Source: Vicinamibacterales bacterium (GTDB lineage: Bacteria > Acidobacteriota > Vicinamibacteria > Vicinamibacterales > UBA2999). From it: 64,000 nt of DNA. Position numbers and translations under genes: made by a program. Where the stretch lies: positions 18,253 through 82,252 of the forward strand of contig DAIRVG010000009.1 of NCBI GenBank assembly GCA_036802945.1. Direction: 5' to 3'. Below are positions 56,371 to 64,000 of the stretch, one piece after another; position 1 is the stretch's first letter, and each line of letters begins with the position of its first letter. The notes beneath the pieces are model-generated. The model was given only the letters and a program-made list of their open reading frames with translations. It made no database searches and had not been told where the DNA came from.

Positions 56371-57242
56371 TTCCATTGCTGTTTGACAGATTCCCACTGA
56401 CTGCGAAGGGCTTCCGTGGCATCGCCCTGGTCGCGTGCGGGGCGTATGCGGGCGCGCTCCGGGATGATTGCCTGCGTCACGAGGTGATCGATGTCGGACC
56501 GCAGCCACACGGACGTCTCTGAATCCAGTGGCGCGCGTACCCACGCCGCGACCGCCGCGTCCCACGCCGCGTCGATATCGCCAACCCCGCGCGCGGCGAC
56601 CGCTCGCCAGTAGTTGGCGGGAGCGCTGCCCGGATCCCGGCGCAGCTCCTCTCCCATCCGCGCCGCCATCCGTTCGTAGAGTCGCGTGCGGCGGTCGGGG
56701 TCGCTCGCTTGCGCCTCGCGATCGAGCGCGGTCGCCCACCAATCGAGGAGCATCATCCGATCACGTGTCGGCAGGAAGGCTCCGCGCTCGATTGCAGTGT
56801 CGAACAATTCCGCGGCGGGACCAAACAGCTCGCCGAAATACAACGACTGCCCAAGGCCCACGAGAAAGTCGAGCTGATCACGGGGCATGAGGGCGGACGA
56901 ATGAACCGTGCTCAATGCGTCGCGGGCGGCACCCAAGTCGGCGGAATCCGCCGTCTGCCGATACCGTTCGAGATGGGCACGGGCCTCCACGAGCGCGGCA
57001 GCATCGGCGCTGCCCGGCTGCGTCCGGGCCTGGGCGGCGGCCGCAATCGCCCCGTCATAATCGGCCGCGTTGTACAGCGCGCGCGCCTTCACGAGCACCG
57101 GCGGCTCCGCCGCGTACGCGCTTCGGGCCACGAGCGCCATCGCAATCACGACGACCGCTGTCACGATCCGGAGACTGCGGCGCCCCCCCCTGAGGGTCGC
57201 GGAAGGTCGCATTCCCGAATCGTAGCATTGGCGGCGCTGCAT
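56367..57242 (-). CDS. Secreted TPR-like hypothetical protein
   Basis: Signal peptide ...IVTAVVVIAMALVARSAYA followed by helical Ala-rich repeats (ALYNAADYDGAIAAAAQAR). An alternative start exists at 57212. Confidence 0.55.
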   Translation of the reverse strand: MQRRQCYDSGMRPSATLRGGRRSLRIVTAVVVIAMALVARSAYAAEPPVLVKARALYNAADYDGAIAAAAQARTQPGSADAAALVEARAHLERYRQTADSADLGAARDALSTVHSSALMPRDQLDFLVGLGQSLYFGELFGPAAELFDTAIERGAFLPTRDRMMLLDWWATALDREAQASDPDRRTRLYERMAARMGEELRRDPGSAPANYWRAVAARGVGDIDAAWDAAVAAWVRAPLDSETSVWLRSDIDHLVTQAIIPERARIRPARDQGDATEALRSQWESVKQQWK

Positions 57243-57286
57243 GAGCCGGCCTATCGGGCGGGTCCCCTTTGTTACAATGCGCTGCG

Positions 57287-58588
57287 ATGACCGTACCGGT
57301 GATCGTGCCTCGCGCCGAGCACGCCGTCTCCCGCAGGCAGATTGATCCGGATGCGCTGAAGGTTCTCTACCGCCTCCATCAGAACAACTACGTCGCGTAC
57401 CTGGTCGGCGGCAGTGTCCGCGATCTGCTCCTCGGCCGCAGGCCCAAGGACTTCGACATCGGCACGTCCGCGCATCCGTATCAGGTCAAGCGGCTGTTCC
57501 GGAACTGCTGGATCATCGGGCGACGGTTTCGCCTCGCACACGTTCGTTTCGGAAACAAAACCATCGAAGTCGCCACGTTTCGCCGTCAGCTCACCGCCGC
57601 GGAGCTTGCGGCGCCCGAGGAACTACCGGAACATGACGGCATCCCGCTCACCGACGCGGCCGACGCCGACCGGCTGCTCCATCGCGACAACACGTTCGGC
57701 ACGCCCGAGGAAGACGCGTTCCGGCGCGACTTCACGATCAACGCGCTCTTTTACGACATCGCCGACTTCTCGATCATCGATTACGCCGGCGGCCTTCGAG
57801 ATCTCGACGCACGAGTGATTCGGTGTATCGGTGAGCCGACCGAGCGCTTCCAGGAGGACCCGGTTCGGATGATCCGAGCGGTGTCGATGGCATCGCGGCT
57901 CGATTTCACCGTGGATCCGCCGATCGACGCAGCGATCGCGGCGCACCGTGGCGAGCTCGCGCGCGCCGCGCCGGCGCGGCTTGTGGAGGAGATCTACAAG
58001 CTGCTGCGCGCGGGGGCGTCGGAAAGAGCGTTCCGCATGCTGGCCGAGCGCAGGCTCCTCGAGCCGATTGCGCCGGAGATGCAGAAGCGGGCGGGCGAAG
58101 CGCTCTGGAAATCGCTCGCCGCCCTCGATGCGTACCGACGTCCGTTCGAAGAGACACCGGAGACGCTGACGAACGCGATTCTGCTCGGGACGCTGCTCGT
58201 GCCGATCGGATACGACTTCCGGCCGCCGCCCTTCGTGCCCAATCCCAGCGGGAAGCCGCGGAAAGAGCCCGCGATGTCGCTCGGCATGCTGCCGCTCGCG
58301 CGGCGCGACGTGGAACGCCTCCGTCACATCCTCACGCTTCAGCGGCGCCTGACCGACCTGCACCTCTCGCCGCGGGCGCGCAAGGCGCTCATGCACCGGG
58401 GCCCGTTCCGCGAGGCATTGACCTGGCTGGAGATTCACGGGAACGCACCCGAGGTACTCGAGCACTGGCGCGGCTTCATCGAGGCAGCGAAAACCTTCGA
58501 GCCGGAGGGGGAAGCGGCGGACGCAGCGCCGCCACGCCGACGGCGACGCCGCCGACGCCGCCGTCCGTTCCGAACGCCTACGGCGTAG
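57287..58588 (+). CDS. pcnB: Poly(A) polymerase I / tRNA nucleotidyltransferase-family enzyme
   Basis: AYLVGGSVRDLLLGRRPKDFDIGT, RRDFTINALFYD, and an Arg-rich C-terminal tail. Confidence 0.85.
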   Translation: MTVPVIVPRAEHAVSRRQIDPDALKVLYRLHQNNYVAYLVGGSVRDLLLGRRPKDFDIGTSAHPYQVKRLFRNCWIIGRRFRLAHVRFGNKTIEVATFRRQLTAAELAAPEELPEHDGIPLTDAADADRLLHRDNTFGTPEEDAFRRDFTINALFYDIADFSIIDYAGGLRDLDARVIRCIGEPTERFQEDPVRMIRAVSMASRLDFTVDPPIDAAIAAHRGELARAAPARLVEEIYKLLRAGASERAFRMLAERRLLEPIAPEMQKRAGEALWKSLAALDAYRRPFEETPETLTNAILLGTLLVPIGYDFRPPPFVPNPSGKPRKEPAMSLGMLPLARRDVERLRHILTLQRRLTDLHLSPRARKALMHRGPFREALTWLEIHGNAPEVLEHWRGFIEAAKTFEPEGEAADAAPPRRRRRRRRRRPFRTPTA

Positions 58589-58626
58589 CCACGAAGGTCA
58601 CAAAGGCGAGGTCTTAGCGGCTTTTA

Positions 58627-59718
58627 TCAGCCGTGCTTCCGCTCGAACTCCCGCATGAACGACACGAGGGCGTCGATGCCGTCCTCGGGGAACGCGTTGT
58701 AGATCGACGCGCGCATGCCGCCAACGGAGCGATGTCCCTTGAGCCCGTCGAAACCGGCGGCGGTTGATTCCTTCACGAACGTCTTTTCGAGCTCCTCAGT
58801 CGGCAGCCGGAACGTCACGTTCATCAGGGACCGATCCTGCTTCCGCGCGGTACCTCGATAGAAGCCGGTACGATCGATCTCGGCGTACAGCTTCCCCGCC
58901 TTACGCTGGTTGACCTTCGCGACCGCCTCGAGCCCCCCCTGCGATCGCAGCCACTTCATCGTCAGCCCGAGAATATAGATACCGAACGTACTCGGCGTGT
59001 TGTAGAGCGAGTCGTTCTCCGCATGCACCTTGTAGTTCAGCATCGTCGGCAGCGTGTCCGCGGAGCGTGTCAGGAGATCCTCCCGGATGATCACGAGCGT
59101 CACACCAGACGGCCCGAGGTTCTTCTGTGCGCCGGCGTAGATCAGCGCGTGCCGCGCGATGTCGATCGGTCCGCTGAACATTTCCGACGATGTGTCGTTG
59201 ACGAGCGGAACGTCGCCAACATCCGGCAGCGACCTCCACTGCGTGCCTTCGATCGTGTTGTTGCCCGTCATGTGGACGTACGCTGCGCCCGGCGTGAGCT
59301 TCAGCTCTCCCGCGTCGGGAAGACGTGAGTAATTCTCACCCTTGGTTGTCGCGGCAACGTTCACCTTGCCGACCTTCCTGGCTTCCTTGATCGCCTTGTC
59401 CGCCCACGAGCCGCTGTCGATGTAGTCGGCGGTGGCGCCGGGCCCGAGGAGGTTCATCGGCACCATGGTGAACTGCAGGCTCGCGCCTCCCTGCAGCATC
59501 AGAATCGTGTAGTTGGCCGGTATGTTCGCGAGCGCGCGAATGTCGTCCTTCGCCTTGCCCAGTAGATCCTCGAATGCCTTCGACCGGTGGCTGATCTCCA
59601 TCACCGACATCCCTACGCCGGGGAGCGCCACCAGATCGCGCTGCGCCTCTTCGAGGACGGGAAGGGGGAGAACCGCCGGACCGGCGGAAAAGTTAAAAAC
59701 GCGAGTGGCAGTCGGCAT
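58627..59718 (-). CDS. serC: Phosphoserine aminotransferase
   Basis: FNFSAGPAVLPLPVLEEAQ is the canonical SerC N-terminus, and KNLGPSGVT is the PLP-Lys region. Confidence 0.95.
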   Translation of the reverse strand: MPTATRVFNFSAGPAVLPLPVLEEAQRDLVALPGVGMSVMEISHRSKAFEDLLGKAKDDIRALANIPANYTILMLQGGASLQFTMVPMNLLGPGATADYIDSGSWADKAIKEARKVGKVNVAATTKGENYSRLPDAGELKLTPGAAYVHMTGNNTIEGTQWRSLPDVGDVPLVNDTSSEMFSGPIDIARHALIYAGAQKNLGPSGVTLVIIREDLLTRSADTLPTMLNYKVHAENDSLYNTPSTFGIYILGLTMKWLRSQGGLEAVAKVNQRKAGKLYAEIDRTGFYRGTARKQDRSLMNVTFRLPTEELEKTFVKESTAAGFDGLKGHRSVGGMRASIYNAFPEDGIDALVSFMREFERKHG

Positions 59719-59741
59719 GGATGGAACTCCGTTGGAGAAGC

Positions 59742-60962
59742 CTAAATTTTAACGACGTACAAGTTCAGAATGTCCTGGTTGCCGTGCTCGATTGTTTTCA
59801 GGAGGTCCGCCGGTGGATTACCGTCGAGATTGATGCGTGCGATGGCCGCCTCAGCGCCCTCGAAGATGATGTTTTCAGTTTCCTGCACGTTGAGGTTGGT
59901 GGCGCGGAGATGCTCGAACACGTGGGCCAGCACTCCCGGGCGATCGCGGTGCCGGACGACCAGCATATGCGTTGCGGGTGTTTTTGTCGCAAGGTTGACA
60001 ACATTCGGGACCTTGCCGGTGTCCTTGTAGGCCCGGATTACGCGCACCGCTTCTGCGGCAATTGCTTGCTGGGCCTGGTCCGTCGACGCGCCGATGTGAT
60101 GCGTGCCGATGACGCCGGGCAGGCCGACCACCGGATCGGTGAATTCACCCGTCGCGGAGGACGGCTCCTGCGCAAAGACATCGAGCCCTACTCTGATGCC
60201 ACGCGTGCGCACCGCCTCGGCAAGCGCCGCGGGGTCGACGATCTCAGCGCGCGACGTATTCACGAGATACGACCCCGACGCGAGGCGATTCAGGATCGAG
60301 GCGCCTACGAAGTTGCGCGTGTCGGATGCCAGCGCCAGGTGGACGCTGAGGACATCGGCGCGAGTGGCGACCTCTTCCGGTGACTGAACGACCGTGATCT
60401 CGAGATCGCCGGGAGGCGCGCCTGCCGCCGCACCATCGCGGTTGAATCGCCGGCTCCATACGACCACTGGCATCCCGAAAGCGATTGCGCGACGCGCGAC
60501 CTCCTGCCCGATGCGCCCGAAGCCAAGGAGACCAAGAGAACGTCCGTATAGTCCCCGAGCCTTCGAGTACTCCTTTTTGTTCCAACGACCAGCACGCAGG
60601 TCGGCGACGTTGTCGGGAATTCGCCTATCAAGCGCGAGGATGAGTGCAAAGGCGAGCTCCGCGACGGCTATCGCGTTCTTGCCGGGACAATTCGACACAT
60701 AGATTCCCCGGCGAGAGGCGGCTTCCACGTCGATCGTGTTCACGCCCGCTCCTGCACGCACGATCAGCGACAGCGAGCTGGCGTCGAGCATCGCCTCTGT
60801 GACCTGGGTACTGCGCACGACTAGTACGTCTGCGCACGTCGACGCCAACACCTCGGCGAGCTTCTCGTCGGCGATCTCGGGCCGGTAGATCAGCTCACAG
60901 CCAGCGGCCGCGATGGCATCGAGCCCCGACTGTTCGAACGTATCGGCAATGAGAACCTTCAT
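59742..60962 (-). CDS. serA: D-3-phosphoglycerate dehydrogenase with C-terminal ACT-like domain
   Basis: MKVLIADTF..., GLLGFGRIGQEVARRA (NAD-binding GxGxxG), and the C-terminal VVRHRDRPGVLAHVFEHL (ACT-like). Confidence 0.9.
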   Translation of the reverse strand: MKVLIADTFEQSGLDAIAAAGCELIYRPEIADEKLAEVLASTCADVLVVRSTQVTEAMLDASSLSLIVRAGAGVNTIDVEAASRRGIYVSNCPGKNAIAVAELAFALILALDRRIPDNVADLRAGRWNKKEYSKARGLYGRSLGLLGFGRIGQEVARRAIAFGMPVVVWSRRFNRDGAAAGAPPGDLEITVVQSPEEVATRADVLSVHLALASDTRNFVGASILNRLASGSYLVNTSRAEIVDPAALAEAVRTRGIRVGLDVFAQEPSSATGEFTDPVVGLPGVIGTHHIGASTDQAQQAIAAEAVRVIRAYKDTGKVPNVVNLATKTPATHMLVVRHRDRPGVLAHVFEHLRATNLNVQETENIIFEGAEAAIARINLDGNPPADLLKTIEHGNQDILNLYVVKI

Positions 60963-60973
60963 GAAGACAGATC

Positions 60974-61011
60974 AACCACGAAGGCTCCCTTCCTTCGCGA
61001 CCTTCGTGGTT
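60974..61011. terminator. ACCACGAAGG-family hairpin between DUF1015 and serA
   Basis: aaccacgaagg (60974-60984) pairs perfectly with ccttcgtggtt (61001-61011). An inner alternative pairing cgaagg/ccttcg also exists. The 3' arm abuts the DUF1015 stop codon. Confidence 0.65.
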
Positions 61012-62228
61012 TAAATAAGGTGCGACAACAGCCCGTCGCGGAGCTTCGGCTCGAACCAGGTCGATTTCGGCGGCATGATCCCGCCGGCATCCGAGATCTC
61101 CATCAGATCGTCGACGCTTACTGGATACATCGAAAACGCGACTGCGGCCTTGCCGGACTTCACGAGCTTCTCGAGTTCAGACGTCCCACGTGCGCCCCCG
61201 ACGAAATCAATGCGTTTGTCGGTACGCACGTCACCGACGCCGAGGATCGGTGTCAGCACGGCATCCTGCAGACGGCTCACGTCGAGCCGATCCGCCGCCT
61301 CGAGACCGCGCGGGGCGTCGCCGAGCACAATCGTGTGCCATACGCCATCGAGAAACATCGCGACCTCGCCGCGGCGGGCAGGGATCGCAGGCCCGCTCTT
61401 CACGGTGAACTGTTCCTTCAGTTTGGCCAGCAGGGTCTGCGGAGTGTAGACCCCGAGATCCTTCACAACCCGGTTGTACGGCAGGACCTGCACCTGGTTG
61501 TCGGGAAACGCCACGGCAAGCACGGTGTCCCAGTCACCTCGCGCGCCCACCGAACCGCGCAGCTTCTGGCGCGCGCGGGCTGCACTTGCGGCTCGATGAT
61601 GTCCGTCGGCGATGTACAACGCCGGAATCCGATCGAAGGCGGCAACGAGATCCGGCACGTCCGCGGCATCGATTCGCCAGATTGTGTGGCGCACGCCGTC
61701 GCGCGCCGTGAAATCGAACAGCGGCGCCTGCGTCGTCGCTCGATCGACCACCCCATTAACCCCACGTGAAGCGCGGTAGGTGAGAAATACCGGACCCGTC
61801 TGGGCACGCAGTTCGAGCATGTGGCGGGTCCGATCGTCCTCCTTGTCAGGTCGGGTCCGCTCGTGCTTCTTGATAACGTCGAGGTCGTACTCATCAAGGG
61901 AGAACGAGCCGGCAATGCCCGTTTGGACGTGATCGCCCATCTTCAGGCGATAGACGTAAAGGCTTGGCTCGTCTTCGACAACGAGCGGAGCGCGTTTTCT
62001 GAGCGTGTCGAAATTCTCCACGGCCTTCCTGTACACGCCATCCGAATACTGATCGGTGCCAGGCGCGAGATCGATCTCTGCGCGGGAAACGTGCAGAAAG
62101 CTCAATGGATTACCGTCAGCAAGCGCTTTCGCTTCCTGCGTGTTGACGACGTCGTAGGGAACTGCGGCCACGTGCGGCGCAGAGGCCGGCGTGGGGCGAA
62201 GAGCACGGAACGGATTAATAGCTGCCAT
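61011..62228 (-). CDS. DUF1015-domain protein
   Basis: MAAINPFRALRPTPASAPHVAAVPYDVVNTQEAKAL... and LYIADGHHRAASA match the DUF1015 pattern as I recall it. Confidence 0.75.
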   Translation of the reverse strand: MAAINPFRALRPTPASAPHVAAVPYDVVNTQEAKALADGNPLSFLHVSRAEIDLAPGTDQYSDGVYRKAVENFDTLRKRAPLVVEDEPSLYVYRLKMGDHVQTGIAGSFSLDEYDLDVIKKHERTRPDKEDDRTRHMLELRAQTGPVFLTYRASRGVNGVVDRATTQAPLFDFTARDGVRHTIWRIDAADVPDLVAAFDRIPALYIADGHHRAASAARARQKLRGSVGARGDWDTVLAVAFPDNQVQVLPYNRVVKDLGVYTPQTLLAKLKEQFTVKSGPAIPARRGEVAMFLDGVWHTIVLGDAPRGLEAADRLDVSRLQDAVLTPILGVGDVRTDKRIDFVGGARGTSELEKLVKSGKAAVAFSMYPVSVDDLMEISDAGGIMPPKSTWFEPKLRDGLLSHLI

Positions 62229-62287
62229 GAGAAGAAAAAATTATAGCGTGGCATGTGAATTGATTAGGTACGCCGGGATTGGTGTCC

Positions 62288-64000
62288 ATGCGTCACGCGC
62301 TGACCGTCGCTTCAACCACAGCTGTGCTGGTGGTCCTGCTTTCACTGTCGAGTCGGACAACCGCATTTGCTCAGAGCGGCACGGCTGAAATCTGGGGCCA
62401 CGTGGCGGATTCGTCAGGTCAGAGCATTGAGCGCGCGGCGATCACCGTCACGAACGTGGAGACCGGAGCAAATCGCCAGGTCTTCACCGATGACAGTGGA
62501 CGATTCGCGGCGCCGGCGCTTCCGGTCGGGCCTTACGAAGTGACCGCGGCCTTCGAGGGATACGCGGCGCGGCGCCAGGAGGCGCTGGTGCTGCATCCTG
62601 GGCAGCGAGTGGTACTGCAATTCGAGTTGCGCCGCGCGGTCTTCCCGGAAACGCTCACCATCGGGCTCATGCCCGCGGAGCTCGAAACGGCGCGCACGCA
62701 CGAGAGTTACTTCGTCGATACGTCGCAAGTCGAGACGCTCCCGACCAAGGATCGTCAATTCCTGCGCTTCACCCAGCTCGCGCCTGCGGTCTCGACGGAC
62801 GCGGCGACCGGCGGCCTTAGCGTCATGGATCAATCGAGCGCGCTGAACCGCGTCGTCATTGACGGTTTCGATCACACCAGCAGCTTGACCGGTGAGCCAT
62901 ACGGCACCCTCGGCGTCGACGCGACGCCATCGCAGCTGAGCGAGGCGGCGGTTCGCGAGCTTCGCATCGAGACCAACGGCTACCCGGCAGAGGCGGGCCG
63001 GGCCGGCGCCGGCGTATTCAGCGTCGTGACGAAATCAGGCACGGACACGATGCATGGCACCGCCTTCGAGTTCTTCGGTGATCGCGCCCTCAACGCCGCG
63101 AGAACGATCGACGGCGCAGACGAAGTGAATCCACCGTACCGGTCGAACCAGTTTGGCGGGGTGCTCGGCGGCCCGATCATCCGATCCCGCGACCTTTTCC
63201 TGGCGAGCTACGAAGGTCTCCGCCGCTCGGCGACGACCTCGGAGGACCAGGACCTCGCGCTTTTGCGACTCGATCATCATTTCACCGGCACCCAGCAAAT
63301 GATGGCCCGGTACCTCGGACAGCAATTCACAAGCGCGCCGTGGGACATTCGAACGTGGTCGCTCGGTCTCTCCCTGAACAGCAGTCTCGGCGGGTCGGTC
63401 GTCAATGAGGCGCGGGTGCAGCGTTCCGCGAACCGCGACGTGCAGAGCTTCGCGCACGATTTCGACGCAACACGAATTGAGGCTGCTGATTCGATCTCGT
63501 TCGTCGCGGGCAGCCATTCCATGAAGGCGGGCGCTGACGCACTCTTCGACACCAACTCCGCCACGTTTGGCGGGCGGGGCACGATGCCCACGGTCCACCA
63601 GGATGTCACGAGCTACGCTGCATTCGTCCAGGACGCGTGGCGCGCGGGCCGAACAGTGACGGTGGATCTCGGTGTGCGCTATGACATGCAGACGATGCCG
63701 TTAGTGCCGCGTGACCGGAACAACGTGGCGCCGCGGGTCGGGCTGAGCTGGGCTGGCACAGAACATTCGGTCCTCCGCGCGAGCTACGGAATCTTCTACG
63801 GCATGACCCCGGCGATCATCCCGGCCGTCGCAGGGCTCAACGGCGGCGCACCGTCGGTTGTCGTCGATGGCGGGTTTCAGAATGCGCAGGTTCAACAGGC
63901 CAATGTCGGATGGGAATGGGAGAAGTACCGCGTCGCGACGGCTGGAGTGACCTACTTGTTCGCAAGAGGGATCCACCTCCCGCGTGCGGAAGAGTCGAAC
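62288..64000 (+). CDS. TonB-dependent-receptor-like outer-membrane protein with CarboxypepD_reg N-domain; 3' end beyond window
   Basis: Not in the ORF track because it is open at the window end. My translation reads MRHALTVASTTAVLVVLLSLSSRTTAFAQSGTAEIWGHVADSSGQSIERAAITVTNVETGANRQVFTDDSGRFAAPALPVGPYEVTAAFEGY... and later NGYPAEAGRAGAGVFSVVTKSGTDTMHGTAFEFFGDRALNA...NQFGGVLGGPI. I saw no in-frame stop in the parts I translated. Confidence 0.8.
   Translation, partial: MRHALTVASTTAVLVVLLSLSSRTTAFAQSGTAEIWGHVADSSGQSIERAAITVTNVETGANRQVFTDDSGRFAAPALPVGPYEVTAAFEGYAARRQEALVLHPGQRVVLQFELRRAVFPETLTIGLMPAELETARTHESYFVDTSQVETLPTKDRQFLRFTQLAPAVSTDAATGGLSVMDQSSALNRVVIDGFDHTSSLTGEPYGTLGVDATPSQLSEAAVRELRIETNGYPAEAGRAGAGVFSVVTKSGTDTMHGTAFEFFGDRALNAARTIDGADEVNPPYRSNQFGGVLGGPIIRSRDLFLASYEGLRRSATTSEDQDLALLRLDHHFTGTQQMMARYLGQQFTSAPWDIRTWSLGLSLNSSLGGSVVNEARVQRSANRDVQSFAHDFDATRIEAADSISFVAGSHSMKAGADALFDTNSATFGGRGTMPTVHQDVTSYAAFVQDAWRAGRTVTVDLGVRYDMQTMPLVPRDRNNVAPRVGLSWAGTEHSVLRASYGIFYGMTPAIIPAVAGLNGGAPSVVVDGGFQNAQVQQANVGWEWEKYRVATAGVTYLFARGIHLPRAEESN

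Overview
High-GC bacterial chromosomal segment. Family signatures suggest Acidobacteriota, which is an inference: an acidobacterial-type VWFA protein, CarboxypepD_reg-fused TonB-dependent-receptor-like barrels, and a PrsK/PrsR-like sigma-54 two-component pair. About two thirds of the window is core metabolism. This includes tyrS; a roughly 9 kb minus-strand purine operon (M16 peptidase-purB-purS-purQ-purL-purF-purM-purN); rlmN, mtaB, purD and rpsU; glgC-eno-gpmA; a methylmalonyl-CoA-mutase catalytic subunit; acs and ino1; polA and pcnB; and DUF1015-serA-serC. Five less ordinary clusters sit between these. (1) An eboD-less, strand-split ebo cluster (eboA-eboB-eboF versus eboE-eboC) with a divergent O-methyltransferase at 1-5546. 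(2) A tightly packed five-gene operon at 21902-27690: decaprenyl-phosphate phosphoribosyltransferase-like UbiA enzyme, DUF362, a disordered Arg-rich coiled-coil protein, and two GT4 glycosyltransferases. (3) A PDZ/polytopic/GAF/PAS histidine kinase with a sigma-54 response regulator, next to a secreted protein and a plug-less barrel. (4) The MCM catalytic subunit translationally coupled to two permease-less Opp/Dpp/Nik-type ABC ATPases. (5) An HTH-TM-TonB_C fusion followed by a DUF3426-like protein and a VWFA protein. The most striking non-coding signal is a set of long, AT-enriched, low-complexity inverted repeats at gene 3' ends. One type is built from CCCAAAW/WTTTGGG heptamers and one from CGAAGGNNN nonamers. 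They probably act as bidirectional terminators, some carry G-quadruplex-type G3 tracts, and some run into the last codons or the start codon of neighbouring genes. I recognised no rRNA, tRNA, CRISPR array, transposase, integrase or phage gene. Many long ORFs in the track are antisense shadow ORFs typical of high-GC DNA and are not reported.
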